In this document: positions 12,744 through 25,999 of the stretch, in pieces
Layout: every line of letters starts with the position of its first letter
Position numbering within the stretch: position 1 is the stretch's first letter
Source of the DNA: Octopus bimaculoides
Lineage: Eukaryota
Direction: 5' to 3'
NCBI RefSeq assembly: GCF_001194135.2
Contig: NC_068982.1
Coordinates: forward strand, 35,849,122-35,913,121
DNA: 64,000 nt
Notes under the pieces: generated by a model
The model's database searches: none
What the model saw: the letters and a program-made list of their open reading frames with translations, nothing else
Told to the model about the DNA's origin: nothing
Made by a program: the position numbers and the translations under genes

Positions 12744-14377
12744 TTAATGAGGAAGGTACAAGGCTACTTGAGTTCTATGATGCAAATGATTTTATGATCT
12801 GCAACATATCTTATGATCTTTAGAAAGCCAACCAGCCACCTATTTGCTTATCAATCTGGTGGGAATATAAGCCAGGTTGATTACCTCCTCACCAGGCAAG
12901 GAGACAGACAGGTCCTCACAAATGCGAAGTTCTTCCCAGGTGAAGAGTGTACATCCCAACAGAGGCGACTAGTTAGTGTCTTCAGAATTGGGGCTAGAGA
13001 GACTCAAAAACATAATCTACATTGGAAAAGAAGATTATGGACGCTCAAAGACCTAGCAAACCAACAAAAATTTAGAGACATTATACTGGAGGCCTCTGAT
13101 GATAGAAAGGAGGAGGAGGAAGGGACATGTAGCTTAGTGGACAACTGGATGTTCCTGCAAGACAATTTACTGGGTGCTGCTGACCAAATCTGTGGTTAAT
13201 ACAAAGTCCCAGTCAGGCCAAGGGTGACTTGGTGATGGAACAAGGAGGTGGACAGTGCTATAAAAGCAAAGAGACAGGCCTGCAAGGACTGGGAAAACAG
13301 TGGAAGCAAAGCATTATATCAGGGAGCCAGAAGGGAGGCTAGGCAACAGATTTACATAGCAAAAGGAACAGCAGAAGGCAAGATGTTTGCCAATGTTATG
13401 CAGTATGAGGATCAGAGGCATGTGGTGTTCAGGATTGTAAAGCAGTGTATCAGAGAGAATAGAGATGTGTGAGAATGGATAATGGTATGTTTGCATATAG
13501 TGACTCGGAGAAGAAAGATAAGTGGAGATGCCATTATGAAAGATTGTTAAATGTGGAGAATGATAGGGAGAAGGAGATTTTTTTCAAATATTGAACTAAT
13601 TGAGGGACCAACCATAGTAGTGTAATAGATAAGGCAATTTAGAAAATGAAGACTGGGAAAACCTCTGGACCATCAGGTATCACTGCTGAGATAATTCAAA
13701 TATCAGGTAGTGTGGGATACAGCCTAGTCACTCGCATAGTTAATCAGATTATTCAGGAAAGCATCATACCCAAAGACTGGTGTAGCAGTATTATAGTCAG
13801 CTGCTGCAAGGGTAAAGGTGATGCCTTGGATAGAAACAACTACAGAGGTATCAAACTGCTGGATCAGATCATGAAAATTACAGAGAGAGTGGTATCTCAA
13901 CTAATTAGGGGTAGAATTAAACTAGATGAGATGCAGTTTGGTTTTGTTCCTGGGAGACAGTTGCAAGAAAAGTATTTGGCTAAATGTAAGCTATTGTACT
14001 TAGCCTTCACTGACCTAGAGAAAGCTTTCGACAGGGTTCCCAGCTCTCTTCTTTGGTCGTCTCTAAAGAAGTTAGGAGTAGAGGAGTGGCTTGTTAGAGC
14101 AGTTCAGGCCATGTACAGTGATGTTGTCAGTAAGGTGAGAGTCGGCTTTGAATACAGTGATGAATTTAATGTACAAGTTGGAGTACACAAGGGATCAGTT
14201 CTTAGTCCACTCTTATTCATCATAGTTCTCCAGGCCATAACAGATGGATTCAAAACTGGATGCTCATGGGAACTACTATATGCTGATGATCCTGCTCTTA
14301 TTGAAGAATCTGAAGCAGAACTGGAGAAGTTCCGGATTTGGATGCAAAACCTGGAATCAAAGGGCCTTAAAGTTAAC
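12744..14377 (+). mobile_element. RTE-clade LINE ORF fragment (APE end + reverse transcriptase), antisense in SYF2 intron 1
   Basis: NEEGTRLLEF, SQVDYLLTR, YRGIKLLDQ, QFGFVPGR, FTDLEKAFDRVP, GVHKGSVLSPLLF, LLYADD, KGLKVN. Carries stops and frameshifts and is truncated at both ends. Confidence 0.92.
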
Positions 14378-15250
14378 AGAAATTGTCGAATAGTTTCAAG
14401 TATGATAAAGCCAATGACCTCTCGCAGTTACCACACTCAGTGAAAATTGCATCTCAACAACTGATGTTCACTTCAGAACCAGAATATGCTTTTGTCCCCA
14501 AATAGTTTGACACATAATTAACGAATATATTTTGTACTAGAGAGCTGCTCGCACGTCTAAGTTGGTGCAATCTACAAAATAAATATATCAATTCTGAATC
14601 ACTTGAAAACGAAGCACCTTCACTTAATAAACAAAACAACACTCATTAAAACAGTCTAACCACTTCCTCTCTGATAAACTGTATCCATTCATTAGTTCTT
14701 GTACTATGACTACAAGGATGTAACGATATGATAATCAACTAAATAAATGGCCATCTTCGTAATTAACTATTCTTCACTCATTCATTTCTCCACAGCATCA
14801 TCATCAATCAAACATCAGCGTTACTTTCGACTTAATATAACCTGTTACAAGGATCTAAACTCACTGTACTTACCAACCTTCCCTCCACTAAATACCTAGC
14901 ACAGTTTTTCCACTCCAGAATCCTCCCAATGTACCTATACTCCAATTCTAAATGCGCCTGAAAATATGAGCATTGTTCCCCCATTACACACTATTCAATA
15001 TACAAAAAATACATAGGCCCAGAATCGCCGATATGTTACGTATTTTTATGTAAAATATAAGAAAATAAACTGAATATTAGAAATAATGATGTTAATGGCC
15101 AGTGCCTGTCAAGTGTTGTTATTGAACTATCACTTAGAATGTAAAGGATCACAGATAACTGATATTGAAAACGTCGTTGGAGATAAGCTAACGCTAAAGA
15201 CAATATAACTAGATATTATATATATAAACAAAATAGTGATGCATACTTAC

Positions 15251-15277
15251 ATTTGCTAATGACCGAGGTCTAAACAT
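15251..15277 (-). CDS. SYF2: SYF2 exon 1 (coding part, MFRPRSLAN)
   Basis: aaaATG...AAT|gtaagt, 27 nt, phase 0, matches exon 2 and gives a 238-aa total. Lies just downstream of an ETS motif. Not confirmed by homology. Confidence 0.7.
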
Positions 15278-15326
15278 TTTGATATTGTATGAACTATCCA
15301 AATTTTCGATTCTAAGCTTAAGCAAA

Positions 15327-15335
15327 ACCGGAAGT
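15327..15335. promoter_or_regulatory. ETS-type motif ACCGGAAGT in the SYF2/tRNA divergent intergenic region
   Basis: Exact ACCGGAAGT about 50 bp upstream of the proposed SYF2 ATG; a common housekeeping promoter element. Confidence 0.5.
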
Positions 15336-15567
15336 TCGAAGAAAAGAAGGTCGCTTATAACTTCATAAAATTCAGAGACAATATTAGAAGCGACGATATT
15401 CTATTGCACTAAATAACGTCATTATTGATTAGAATTTAGTTTAAAATTAAGACGAATATAAGCTGTTTATTATAATTTATAAAACCACTGAGATAAGTAA
15501 ATTGTATATTTATTTAAAATATCAAAATATTGTTTATAGTGCTTATTATAAGCCATTGACCTTGTAA

Positions 15568-15638
15568 GCATCGGTGGTTCAGTGGTAGAATGCTCGCCTG
15601 CCACGCGGGCGGCCCGGGTTCGATTCCCGGCCGATGCA
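15568..15638 (+). tRNA. tRNA-Gly (GCC)
   Basis: 71 nt. Acceptor stem GCATCGG/CCGATGC, D-loop AGTGGTA, anticodon loop CT-GCC-AC, T-arm CCGGG-TTCGATT-CCCGG, discriminator A. Confidence 0.98.
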
Positions 15639-15642
15639 CAGG

Positions 15643-15660
15643 TTTCTTTTTTTCTTTTTT
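15643..15660 (+). terminator. Pol III oligo-T terminator of tRNA-Gly
   Basis: tttcttttttttctttttt starts a few nt after the tRNA 3' end. Confidence 0.85.
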
Positions 15661-16551
15661 ATAGGCAATTTAGTTAAATTTTCATGTATGCAACTCAAAA
15701 CTACTTTCAGTGACAAAAAAATCAATTTCTACTAACGATTTATCGACCAAGAGGTCAGCTTCAGTTGCTTTTAAGTGTTCCTCACCAACAAGAGCTGATC
15801 AATAAATTAGCAATGGACCTATTGATTTTATCATTACCATAAAATGTAATAACATGGTATTTGTAGGAAAAGAGGTGGACAGTGCTAAATAAAGTCAGTC
15901 TTGTACTTTCCTTAACAGATAGCTCCTACTACTAATGTTTTGTAACTCTTACCTATTAGGGTGATTGCAATTTGATTCAAATCTGGTAACAAACTATCAA
16001 ATAGCTTACCAGCCAAGTACAGTGCAGGTTATACATCTCTGCAATGTGAGAAAAATAGACTGTAAAGTTGTGTTTCATATAACAATAGGGAAATTGATTT
16101 TTAAAAAGTTGTGTAATTAAAAGAAAAATTGAATGATATAATTGTAGCTCCACCTCTTCTTCTCCCTCTCCATAGTCACCACAATATGCTTGACATTTGA
16201 TAACATGTAATATCTCACCTTTTTGTTTTCAGAACACTTGGGAAAGCTATACAGGAATCAACCTATCCATCACAAGTCACTCTAGTCTCAATAATAGTTT
16301 GGGCATTTATTACTATCTTTTATTTGTTTTAGTCATTGGACAGCAGCTATGATGGGGCACCATCTTGAAGGGTTTAGTTGAACAAATTGGCCCCAGTACT
16401 TAGTTTTTAAAATCTGGTACCTATATTTTGCTACTTAAAGTCTATCAGTCTCTTTTGCCAAACTGTTAGATTACAGGATGTAAGGAAACCACCTAGTACT
16501 GGTTTGCTTACATCCTGTAATCTAGCAGTGTTTCTACACTAACACAAAGAC

Positions 16552-16553
16552 TC

Positions 16554-16601
<48 letters not shown>

Positions 16602-16653
16602 TGTCCAACCCATATCAGCATGGAAAATGGACTTTAAATGGTGGTGGTGGTGG

Positions 16654-16718
<65 letters not shown>

Positions 16719-16738
16719 CTGGTGGTGCTGGTGCTGGT
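16552..16738. repeat. (CA)n plus compound (GTG)(CTG)(ATG)n microsatellites
   Basis: Direct inspection; explains ORF 16638..16865. Confidence 0.9.
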
Positions 16739-17289
16739 ATATGATGGGCTTCCATGCAACTTCTGTCTACCAAATGTACTCATAAACCATTGGTCAGCCT
16801 GGAGTTATAGTGAAAGACATTTGCCCAAGGTGCAGCACAATTGGACTGAATTTGAAACCATGTGATTGCAAAGTAAAGTTCTTAACCACATAGCCATACC
16901 AGAAACATTTTCAACATGACTTTTTAATGGAGAAAACAAGTTACAAGTATAGGATTACCTAATTTTGATTCTTGTAGCAATAAGAAGATAAGAAACTAAA
17001 TTTCATATTTGGTGAAAAACTAGTCTAATGCAGATAATTTTACTGATAAAGGTTTGTGCTTAGTGCTTCTATTTAGATAAAATGCAAAGTATAGAATTTA
17101 AGTGTCCTGCCCAGATATGAACGCAATTTGTAACTGAGTAATCCACTATATCAATTACTGAATCATTTCATCTCTTCTTTCATCGACTGTAGTATATATT
17201 GAAGAAAGCAACAGGATCTTTTTTTTTATGCTTAACCTCAGTTAGCTCTGCTTAGACTTATGGCCAGTCAAACATCTGCATGTAGAACT

Positions 17290-18451
17290 AACTGCCACAA
17301 TTACTCCTACAGGGGACCTGAGAATCTGCATATTATGAAGGAATATCATTTACCAGGAGTTACAATTTGGTGTGGTTTATTATCAAAAGGATTAATTGGA
17401 TCATTATGTATAGAGAGAAGTTTATAAGCAGGACACGAGTGTACAAGTGGTTCAAACATTTCCAAGACCACTGGCAAAATGTCAACAGCGACACATGTTC
17501 TGGGAGACCTGCAACCAACAGAACTGAGGAAAACACTGCAGATGTGCATGCAGCTATTTAGAAAGACCATCAAATCACTGTGAAGGTGTTGTAGGAGGAT
17601 GTGGACATTAGTTACAGTTCAGTTTGGTCCAATCTCACTGAAAATTTGGGTATGAGATATGTTTGATGGAACTGTGTCCCATTTGGTTGAACCTGCTACG
17701 AAAATCTATCATACCAAATATTCAAGGACTTTGAACATGTAGAGTTTTATTTTTAGCAAGATGGGGCAAACCCCATACTACCATAGTAATGTAAGGGCCT
17801 ACCTTGATAAGATTTTGCCAAACAAGTGGACTGGATGAAGAGGATCAGCAGATTACTTTCCACATTCACTTGACTTCAGACCACTAGACATTTTTATGGA
17901 GATACTTAAACAATAAAGTTTATAGTACAAAACCACCGACTGTCAACAAACTGAGGGAAGCCATGGAATGAGAATGCATGCAAATACCAAACAAACTTTT
18001 TTTGATGTTTGTGAGTCCATTGCTCTGCATTATCAGTAGTGCCTGGGCCAAAACAGTCATTAGTTTGAAAGTAGGAGGTTAGTTTGGGTTAGTCCACATT
18101 ACTCTATAAGGAGCATAGGGCCAGTTTCCTGGTTTCTCAGGCATATATATTCCATCCTGGATGGGCTGCTGGTCCATCACAAGATTACTCACTTTTACCA
18201 GCTGAGGGGAATGGAGCAATATGAAATGAAGCGCTTTGCTCAAGAACACAATACATTGCCTAGTCTAGGAATCAAAACCATCAACTTACAACCATGAGTC
18301 TAACACCCTAAACACTAGGCCATGTGCCTCCACTTGAAAACAGGAAATTTTGCCTATAGATTCTCTTAAATTTTGAAAATGAAATGTATCTATATAAATA
18401 CTAACTTTATAATCATTCAAAGTGTGCATACATTTTGGCAGGGTCACCCTG
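17290..18451 (+). mobile_element. Decayed Tc1/mariner-superfamily transposon (CACCCTG|TA right end) with nested insertions
   Basis: Remnants [32 protein letters not shown] and a degenerate C-terminal segment. Right end caccctg|ta. Interrupted by a mariner fragment (17407-17662) and a SINE (about 18095-18335). Confidence 0.7.
17407..17662 (+). mobile_element. Internal mariner transposase fragment (HTH region) without TIRs
   Basis: [19 protein letters not shown]...SGRPATNRTEEN; inverted homologue of 21285-21531. Confidence 0.8.
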
Positions 18452-19955
18452 TATATTACATATAGCAAAACAGTTACATTTTTTTGTAAATGTCTACTCA
18501 GTATTCAGCTAACTAAACAACCTATTAGTTTTCCTAAAAGAAAAATAGACATAGACAAAGTATCGCACAGCTCAGCTAACTAAACATGTCAGTATTTTCA
18601 TGAAAGCACCATGACAGTTAATTGCTTTCAATGTAAATGTCAAGGAGACAGAAGGCAGATGGAGAGACATTGTTAATTTTATTAGTAAATAATATTAAGA
18701 TTAATTCCCAGAATTTGATAAAAGTAATCTTAGTGTTCCATATAAATTTATTAGATAAATATTTTGTTGTTGATAAAACTTGAACTTTCAATCAGTTTTT
18801 TTTTTTTTTTTTTCTAATCAACAGATTTATATTCAGAAACTAAAGAAAAGACAAAAATAAATAAACACATAGCAGATTTACAAAGAGTGTGGTAGTTTGT
18901 CACCCTTAATATTTTCTTTGAGTTATATGTATTAAGAAGAAAGTATTTCGAAAGAAGTAAGCAGAAATGATGAGAAAGCAATACCGCTACCTCTGTAGGG
19001 AAACATACCATTTTATAATTATTTAAAAATTGCTATCCTACTCATCTGTGTAAAACTGTGCCAAGTAATTAACCTTCTTTAGACAAATGAATAAAACAAA
19101 TTTCTGAAAACACATTTTGTCTAAAAGCAATAGAATACAGGTAAAAAAAATATCAAAATGAAGTGTTTTTATTTTGAAGGAATTTTTATAAGGAAAAGAA
19201 ACATTGTTATTGAAAAAAATTCATCTTTATTTCTATTATGATACAAATCTATATTCAATTTCTTCTTTCAACAATCCCTATATTATCCCTCATTTATATA
19301 CATTCTTTTATTTTTTTACTTGTTTCAGTCATGTGACTACGGTTAAGCTGGTGCACTGCTTTGAAGGGGTTTAGTCAAACAAATCAACACTAGGACTTTT
19401 CTTTTTTTTTTTAAGCCTGGTTCTTACTTTATCAGTCTCTTTTGCCAAACTGCTAGGTTACAGGGGTACAAATACACCAACACCGGTTGTCAAGCAGTAG
19501 AAGTGAGGACAAATACAGACACAAAAACACACATACATACATACGCATATATAAACACTTTGATCAGATCTTCTTTCAGTTTCCATCTACCAAATCACTC
19601 ACAAGGCTTTGGTCAGCTCAAAGCTATAGTAGAAGACACTTGCCCAAAACTGAACCCGAAACCATGTGGTTGGGAAGCAAGCTTCTTACTACACAGTCAC
19701 ACCTGCACCTATGATATATATGTATATGCATTCATATAGATATTTTTATTTACACCTATAAATATTTACTGCAATATTAATCCATTGTATCAAACTAGCT
19801 TTCATTCATATTATGTGTGGAGTTCACAGTGTCAAATTATTCTCTACTCTGATTATATAATATATGTATGTATGTATGTATGTATGCATGTGTGTGTATG
19901 TGTGTGTGCGTGTTGTGTTTGTATGGGTACAAATATAATATATATATATATATAT

Positions 19956-20488
19956 NNNNNNNNNNNNNNNNNNNNNNNNNNNNNNNNNNNNNNNNNNNNN
20001 NNNNNNNNNNNNNNNNNNNNNNNNNNNNNNNNNNNNNNNNNNNNNNNNNNNNNNNNNNNNNNNNNNNNNNNNNNNNNNNNNNNNNNNNNNNNNNNNNNNN
20101 NNNNNNNNNNNNNNNNNNNNNNNNNNNNNNNNNNNNNNNNNNNNNNNNNNNNNNNNNNNNNNNNNNNNNNNNNNNNNNNNNNNNNNNNNNNNNNNNNNNN
20201 NNNNNNNNNNNNNNNNNNNNNNNNNNNNNNNNNNNNNNNNNNNNNNNNNNNNNNNNNNNNNNNNNNNNNNNNNNNNNNNNNNNNNNNNNNNNNNNNNNNN
20301 NNNNNNNNNNNNNNNNNNNNNNNNNNNNNNNNNNNNNNNNNNNNNNNNNNNNNNNNNNNNNNNNNNNNNNNNNNNNNNNNNNNNNNNNNNNNNNNNNNNN
20401 NNNNNNNNNNNNNNNNNNNNNNNNNNNNNNNNNNNNNNNNNNNNNNNNNNNNNNNNNNNNNNNNNNNNNNNNNNNNNNNNNNNNNNNN
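19956..20488. other. Assembly gap (N run) flanked by (TA)n
   Basis: N run; further gaps at 22246-22255 and 31340-31723. Confidence 0.99.
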
Positions 20489-20928
20489 ATATATATACAG
20501 AATGTATAGTATTAAACATCCATCACAGCTGGTCTTACCAATCGGTTTCGCGTAAAGAATACAATAGAGTGTTAGGTAACAAACCAATTATATAACTTTA
20601 CACTCATCAGAGTTAGCCAATATGGAATAGAATATGGTGACTGCTTTCTATTGTCAAAGGTGGATTAGGACAATCGATCAGCAGTTGCTGTGAAAAAGGT
20701 GGTGAAATAAAAGAGGGACCAGAGATTAGTTTAGGAGTTATGACCCTTGATTGGGTATGCTGTGAAGCCGGCAAGAGATATCTTGAAGTGGGGAAAGTGT
20801 GTATTAGGAATGTGGTGCTCCTGTGGGGCTGGCGTGTGTGGTATGCGTGGCAGTGTCATATGTATAATTTGTATATGTTTATGTATATATATAAAATATA
20901 TGTTTATGTACACACACACACACACATA

Positions 20929-21692
20929 CAAGATCTGATCAAAGAGTATTGGGACTATTGCTATAAAAAGAAAACTAGAACAAGTCAGCATTTCATCTCC
21001 TTCAAAGTAGTCCCCTTGTGAAGCTGCATATTTTATTGCGTGTTATTTCCATTACTGGAAGCATTCCTGGAACTCCTTTTTTGAGGATAGTGAGCAGCTG
21101 CCTGGTCACATTCTTTTGAATTTCCTTGGCACCTTGAAATCTTGTTCCTTTCAAGTGGGACTTGAGTTTTGGAATGAGTAAAAAGTTACAAGTAGCAAGA
21201 TCTGGGGTTGTCGGACCTATGGAATGTTATGCTGGGCCAAAAGCTGCTGCAACTGAAAGCAATTTTGGCACAAACTTGACAGACACATATCTCATACCCA
21301 AATTTTCAGCAAGATTGGACCAAACTGAACTGTAACTAATGTCCACATCCACCTACACAGTGATTTGATGGTCTTTCCAAATAGATGCATGCACATCTGC
21401 AGTGTTTCCCTCAGTTCTGTTGGTTGTGGGTCTCCCAGAACATGTGTCGCTATTAACATTTTGTCAGTGGACTTGGAAATGTTTGAACCACTTGTACACT
21501 CGTGTCCAGCTTATAAACTCCTCTCCATACACTTTCTGCAACTTTGCATAAGTCTCAGCAGTGAGTGAGAACATTGTCACTTAGTTTGCATAGCAACAGA
21601 GTTCAAGGCCAATCTGTGCTAAGCTGTTTCACTCAACATACTTTAGCTCCATTACCATAGCAATAGTCCTAATACTTTTTGACCAGACCTTA
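20929..21692 (-). mobile_element. Internally deleted mariner element with both TIRs and TA TSD
   Basis: Left ta|caagatctgatcaaagagtattgggactattgcta matches the reverse complement of the right end (taaggtctggtcaaaaagtattaggactattgcta), with TA outside. Transposase remnants on the minus strand. Confidence 0.88.
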
Positions 21693-21843
21693 TATATATA
21701 TATGAGTGTATATGCATATATATACATACATACATTGGAGCCTGGTGTTGCCATCCGGTTTCACCAGTCCTCAGTCAAATCGTCCAACCCATGGAAAGCG
21801 GACGTTAAACGATGATGATGATGATGATGATGATATATATAAT

Positions 21844-21876
<33 letters not shown>

Positions 21877-22192
21877 ACACACACACATGTCCCACATTAC
21901 AGAAGCTTTGCATTCCTGAAAATTTAACTGTAACATGAAGTTGTGTAACATGAAACCTATTTTCCCATTGACTTTGATGTTACAAAATGAAATGTATTCC
22001 AACGAAATATTTTCAGTGAAATAACTAAAAAAAGATACATGGCTGTATGGTTAAGAAGCTTGCTTTCCAGCCATGTGGCTTTCGGTTCAGTTCCACAACA
22101 CACCACCTTAGTCAAGTGAGTTCTATTATAGCTTCAGGCCAACCACATCACTGTGAGTGGATGTGATAACGGAAACTGAAAGAAGCCAGTTT

Positions 22193-22224
<32 letters not shown>

Positions 22225-22255
22225 CACACAAACACACAGATATATNNNNNNNNNN

Positions 22256-22310
<55 letters not shown>

Positions 22311-22940
22311 TACACATATACATACATATATTTATATATACATAGGTAGTGAAACATGATCTTCAAACTTTGGGTCTCACAGAGGCAATGACTAGTGACC
22401 GCAACCTTTAACAATATACTGTGCTTGAGAAGACCTGTCAAGCCAAGTGAAATCATAGTTGTAGCTGATGCTAGTGTTGCATAACTGGCACCCTTGCTAG
22501 TAGCACGTAAAAAGCACTGTTCAAGCATTGGGACTCACAGAAGCAAAGTGGCTGATCCCGGCAGTATGAGAAAAGCTCCATTTGAGTGTTGGGCCTCATG
22601 GAGACAATGACTGAGATCTTATGTCGTACTTAAGAAGAAGACCCATTAAGCCAAATAAAATCGCAGTTGTGACAGATACCAGTGTCATGCAAATGGCACC
22701 CATGCCAGTGGCACGAAAAGGCACCCATTACACTCTCGAAAGTGGTGTTAGGAAGGGCATTCAGTGGTAGAAACCATGCCAAATCAGACTGGAGTCTGGT
22801 GCAGCCTTCCAGCTTGACAACCCTGGTCAAACAATCCAACCCATGCCAGCATGGACAACAGATGCTAAGTAATGATGACGATGATGATACATGCATACAT
22901 ATACATATAGATACATATATATGTATGTATATATATATGT

Positions 22941-22984
<44 letters not shown>

Positions 22985-23060
22985 TATTACAAATTTGGGA
23001 TATTTACCAATAGATAAGCAACTCCTATTTCAGGATAACCTCATAGTATGGTATACACAG

Positions 23061-23094
<34 letters not shown>

Positions 23095-23924
23095 GACAGG
23101 CTTCTTTCAGTTTCTGTCTATCAAATCCACTCACAAGGCTCTTGTCAGCCAGAGGCTATGGTAGAAGACACTTGCCCAAGGTGTCACACAGTGAGTCTGA
23201 ACCTGAAAGTTCTTTTTTATGTGTGTGGCACCAACTGTGGTGAAGTCATTATGCAGCTCCCCCAAAAAAGATCCCTTTCAAATGAGTGTGGTTACAATAG
23301 AGAGAATGGTTGTTTTATGCTTGGAAATGAAAGGTTATATATTGAAAGAATGGGCTAGAACAATATAGGTTTTTTGTTGTAGAGGAGTTTACGTGACTAT
23401 TCACATTATAGAAGAATGGGTGGAAGTAACTGGAGTGGAGCTGGAAAGAGAGAGGAAATAGTGGTGATAAAGTGTCAAGGTGAACCCTTAAGATACAAGG
23501 AGATGAACAGAGGTAAGTGGGGTCAGAAGAACAGGGAGTGTAGATAGGTAGAGTTTGCAAGAGTGTGGAGGGGGGAATGTGGGATGCTTAAAGATGGGGA
23601 TTGGGCCAAGAAGCATCACGAAGGCAATGACAGGTGACTGAGACTGTTTGTGATTTGTTGTGCTTGGGAAGGCATGTCAAGCTTAGTGAAATCATAGTCA
23701 TAGTGCTGGTGACACACAAAAGGCACCCATTCCAGTGACACATTAAAGGCACCCATGCCAGTGATACATAATAGGCACCCTGTACACTTTGTGGAGTGGT
23801 TAGCATTAGGAAAGGCATCCAGCTGTAGATGCCGAGGCAAAGCAGACTGGAGCCTGATGCAGTTTTCTGGGCTAGTTCCAGTCAAACCATCTAACCCATG
23901 CCAGCATGGAAAACAGACATTAAA

Positions 23925-23931
23925 TGATGAA

Positions 23932-23963
<32 letters not shown>

Positions 23964-24030
23964 CGATGATGACGACGATAATGATGACGATGGTGATGAC
24001 AATGACAATGATGATGATGATGATGATGAA
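23925..24030. repeat. (GAT/GAC)n microsatellite, expanded tail of an RTE-type element
   Basis: Follows aaacagacattaaat; explains poly-D ORF 23755..24114. Confidence 0.9.
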
Positions 24031-25999
24031 AAGCAAGGCTTGAGGAGTATCGATGACAAATATGCTTTGGAAGGAAAGTTGAGAAAGTTGGGAAGGGCAG
24101 GTGATGACTGTTGAGATTGAGTCAAGATGAATGGTGGATGCAATGAATGGTGGATGCAGTGAATGGTAGATAGGTAGGTGGAGGGGTGGTTGATGGTACA
24201 TGGGAGACTGGGGAAGTGAGGGGAAAGTAGATGATGAAAAGCAAGGAAAGGAAGAGGAGTAGGGTGAGGATAAGTAACAGCAAGAAAGTTGAGTGATGAA
24301 ATATTAAAATTTGAAGTAAAAATTGAACAAATTTAAAGACTTAGGGGACAAACACAAAAACACACATACACAAATGTACATGCACATACACACACACACA
24401 TGCACAAACACACACACACACACATATTTATATACATGACAGGTGTCTACAGTGTTTGTGTCTACCAAATTCACTCACACAGTATTGATCAGCCTGGGGC
24501 TATACAAAAAGTCACTTGCCCAAAGTGCCACACAGTTGAACTGAACTGAAAACTATATAGCTGCAAAGCAAGCTTCTTAGTCACACAGCTGTGTAGTTAT
24601 CAATATAAACTTAACCTTTAGTGGCAGATTTAATATGTCACTCAGTTTAACACAACCATATGGCCCTTGGTGCCTTTAGCAGACTCCATTCAGCTGCAGG
24701 CCTCAGGGTAAGTTTCTGGTTGAAAGATAACTTTCTTTCTTCCTCTTAGCCTATTACACAGGCCCTAAAAGAAGTCAGCGTATATGCTGCCCTTCTCCTG
24801 AATTAGCCATTAACCCTTTAGCATTCAGAAGTGTCTGTCAAGTATAATGCATATTTATTCATATTGTTTGGAATTAATTATGCCTTACTTCATATTTATG
24901 AGATTTCAAAGATGTCATTCATTATTTTTAGAATAACATTGTAGGTTATGTGTAAGAGGGAAAATCTGGCCAGTTTGAACATAAAACTGGTAGAATATTT
25001 GGGCCAGATATGGCCAGTTTAAATGCTAAAAGGTTAAAAAAAAATTACCAGTTACATGCCCTTCAAAAACACACCAAACAAGGCTGAACTTAACATAAAA
25101 TCCAGCAAGATGTTACTCGCTACCTCTGCCTAGAAAATTTATGTGATTTCAAAGTGAGCTTCTTAACTACACACCCATACAACCATAAAGAGAATGACAA
25201 CAAAAACTTAGTAAAATCAAAGAAGCAGTTCATATAATATTTGATTGACAACTTAATCAATAAGCCCAGCTGTTACATGAACTCAATATGGCTGTCAATA
25301 CAGAAAGATTAATTTTAAAATGCATCAATAATTGCACATGTACCGGTAGACATGAACATTATTACTCTTAATTCGGAAATAAAGATTCCTAGTTTAAATC
25401 TAGTCAGGAACTATGTACAATGCAATAACTATCACTTACAAATGAGCATGACCTAGTAACATGTAAGTATGCTTTTGCAAATTGTATAAGGTGCATGTGC
25501 AGTCATAAGTAGACATAAATACATTCTTGTCCTTCTTGTTGACCTATAAAAATATTGAGAATGTAACAGCTTGTGGGAGAACTTGCTGTACCAGCACAAG
25601 AGATAGTTTTCAGCTGAGTAGGCTGAAGCAATGAGAAATACCTTGTTCAAGGACATAATAAGCAACCCTGTCCAGAAATTGAACTTATAACGTTATACTC
25701 ATAAACCCAGCTCCTTAACCACCATGCCATGTGCTTTCCCCTAAAGACTAAGTGTACATTCAGAAATGTGATAGGGAATCAAACCAGGACATTGGCTCTC
25801 TGGAGTCTGCATGGTCATAGCCCAAAGGCCGAAACAAGTAAAAAGTAAATGTTATTTACACCCTCTGTCAATACCCATATTTCTAACTAAGAATTGATAC
25901 TCAATAAATATCAAATTTACATTAATGTGACATGAGCACGATATCATCATAGAAAAAAAGATGTACATCTGGATATTATATGTGTGCTTATGAATTCAT

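Noticed and set aside
8645-14377. Idea that the two plus-strand RTE pieces in SYF2 introns 1 and 3 are one split insertion
   Set aside because: Their order is not collinear (the 3' piece lies upstream on the plus strand) and SYF2 exons 2-3 lie between them.
18796-19011. T18 run suggesting the poly(A) tail of a minus-strand retrocopy
   Set aside because: No canonical AATAAA, no TSD and no recognisable coding sequence upstream.
19785-20587. Long ORFs of 213-256 aa, likewise 31239-31790
   Set aside because: Artefacts of N gaps.
23755-24114. Poly-Asp ORF
   Set aside because: (GAT)n tail of an RTE-type repeat.
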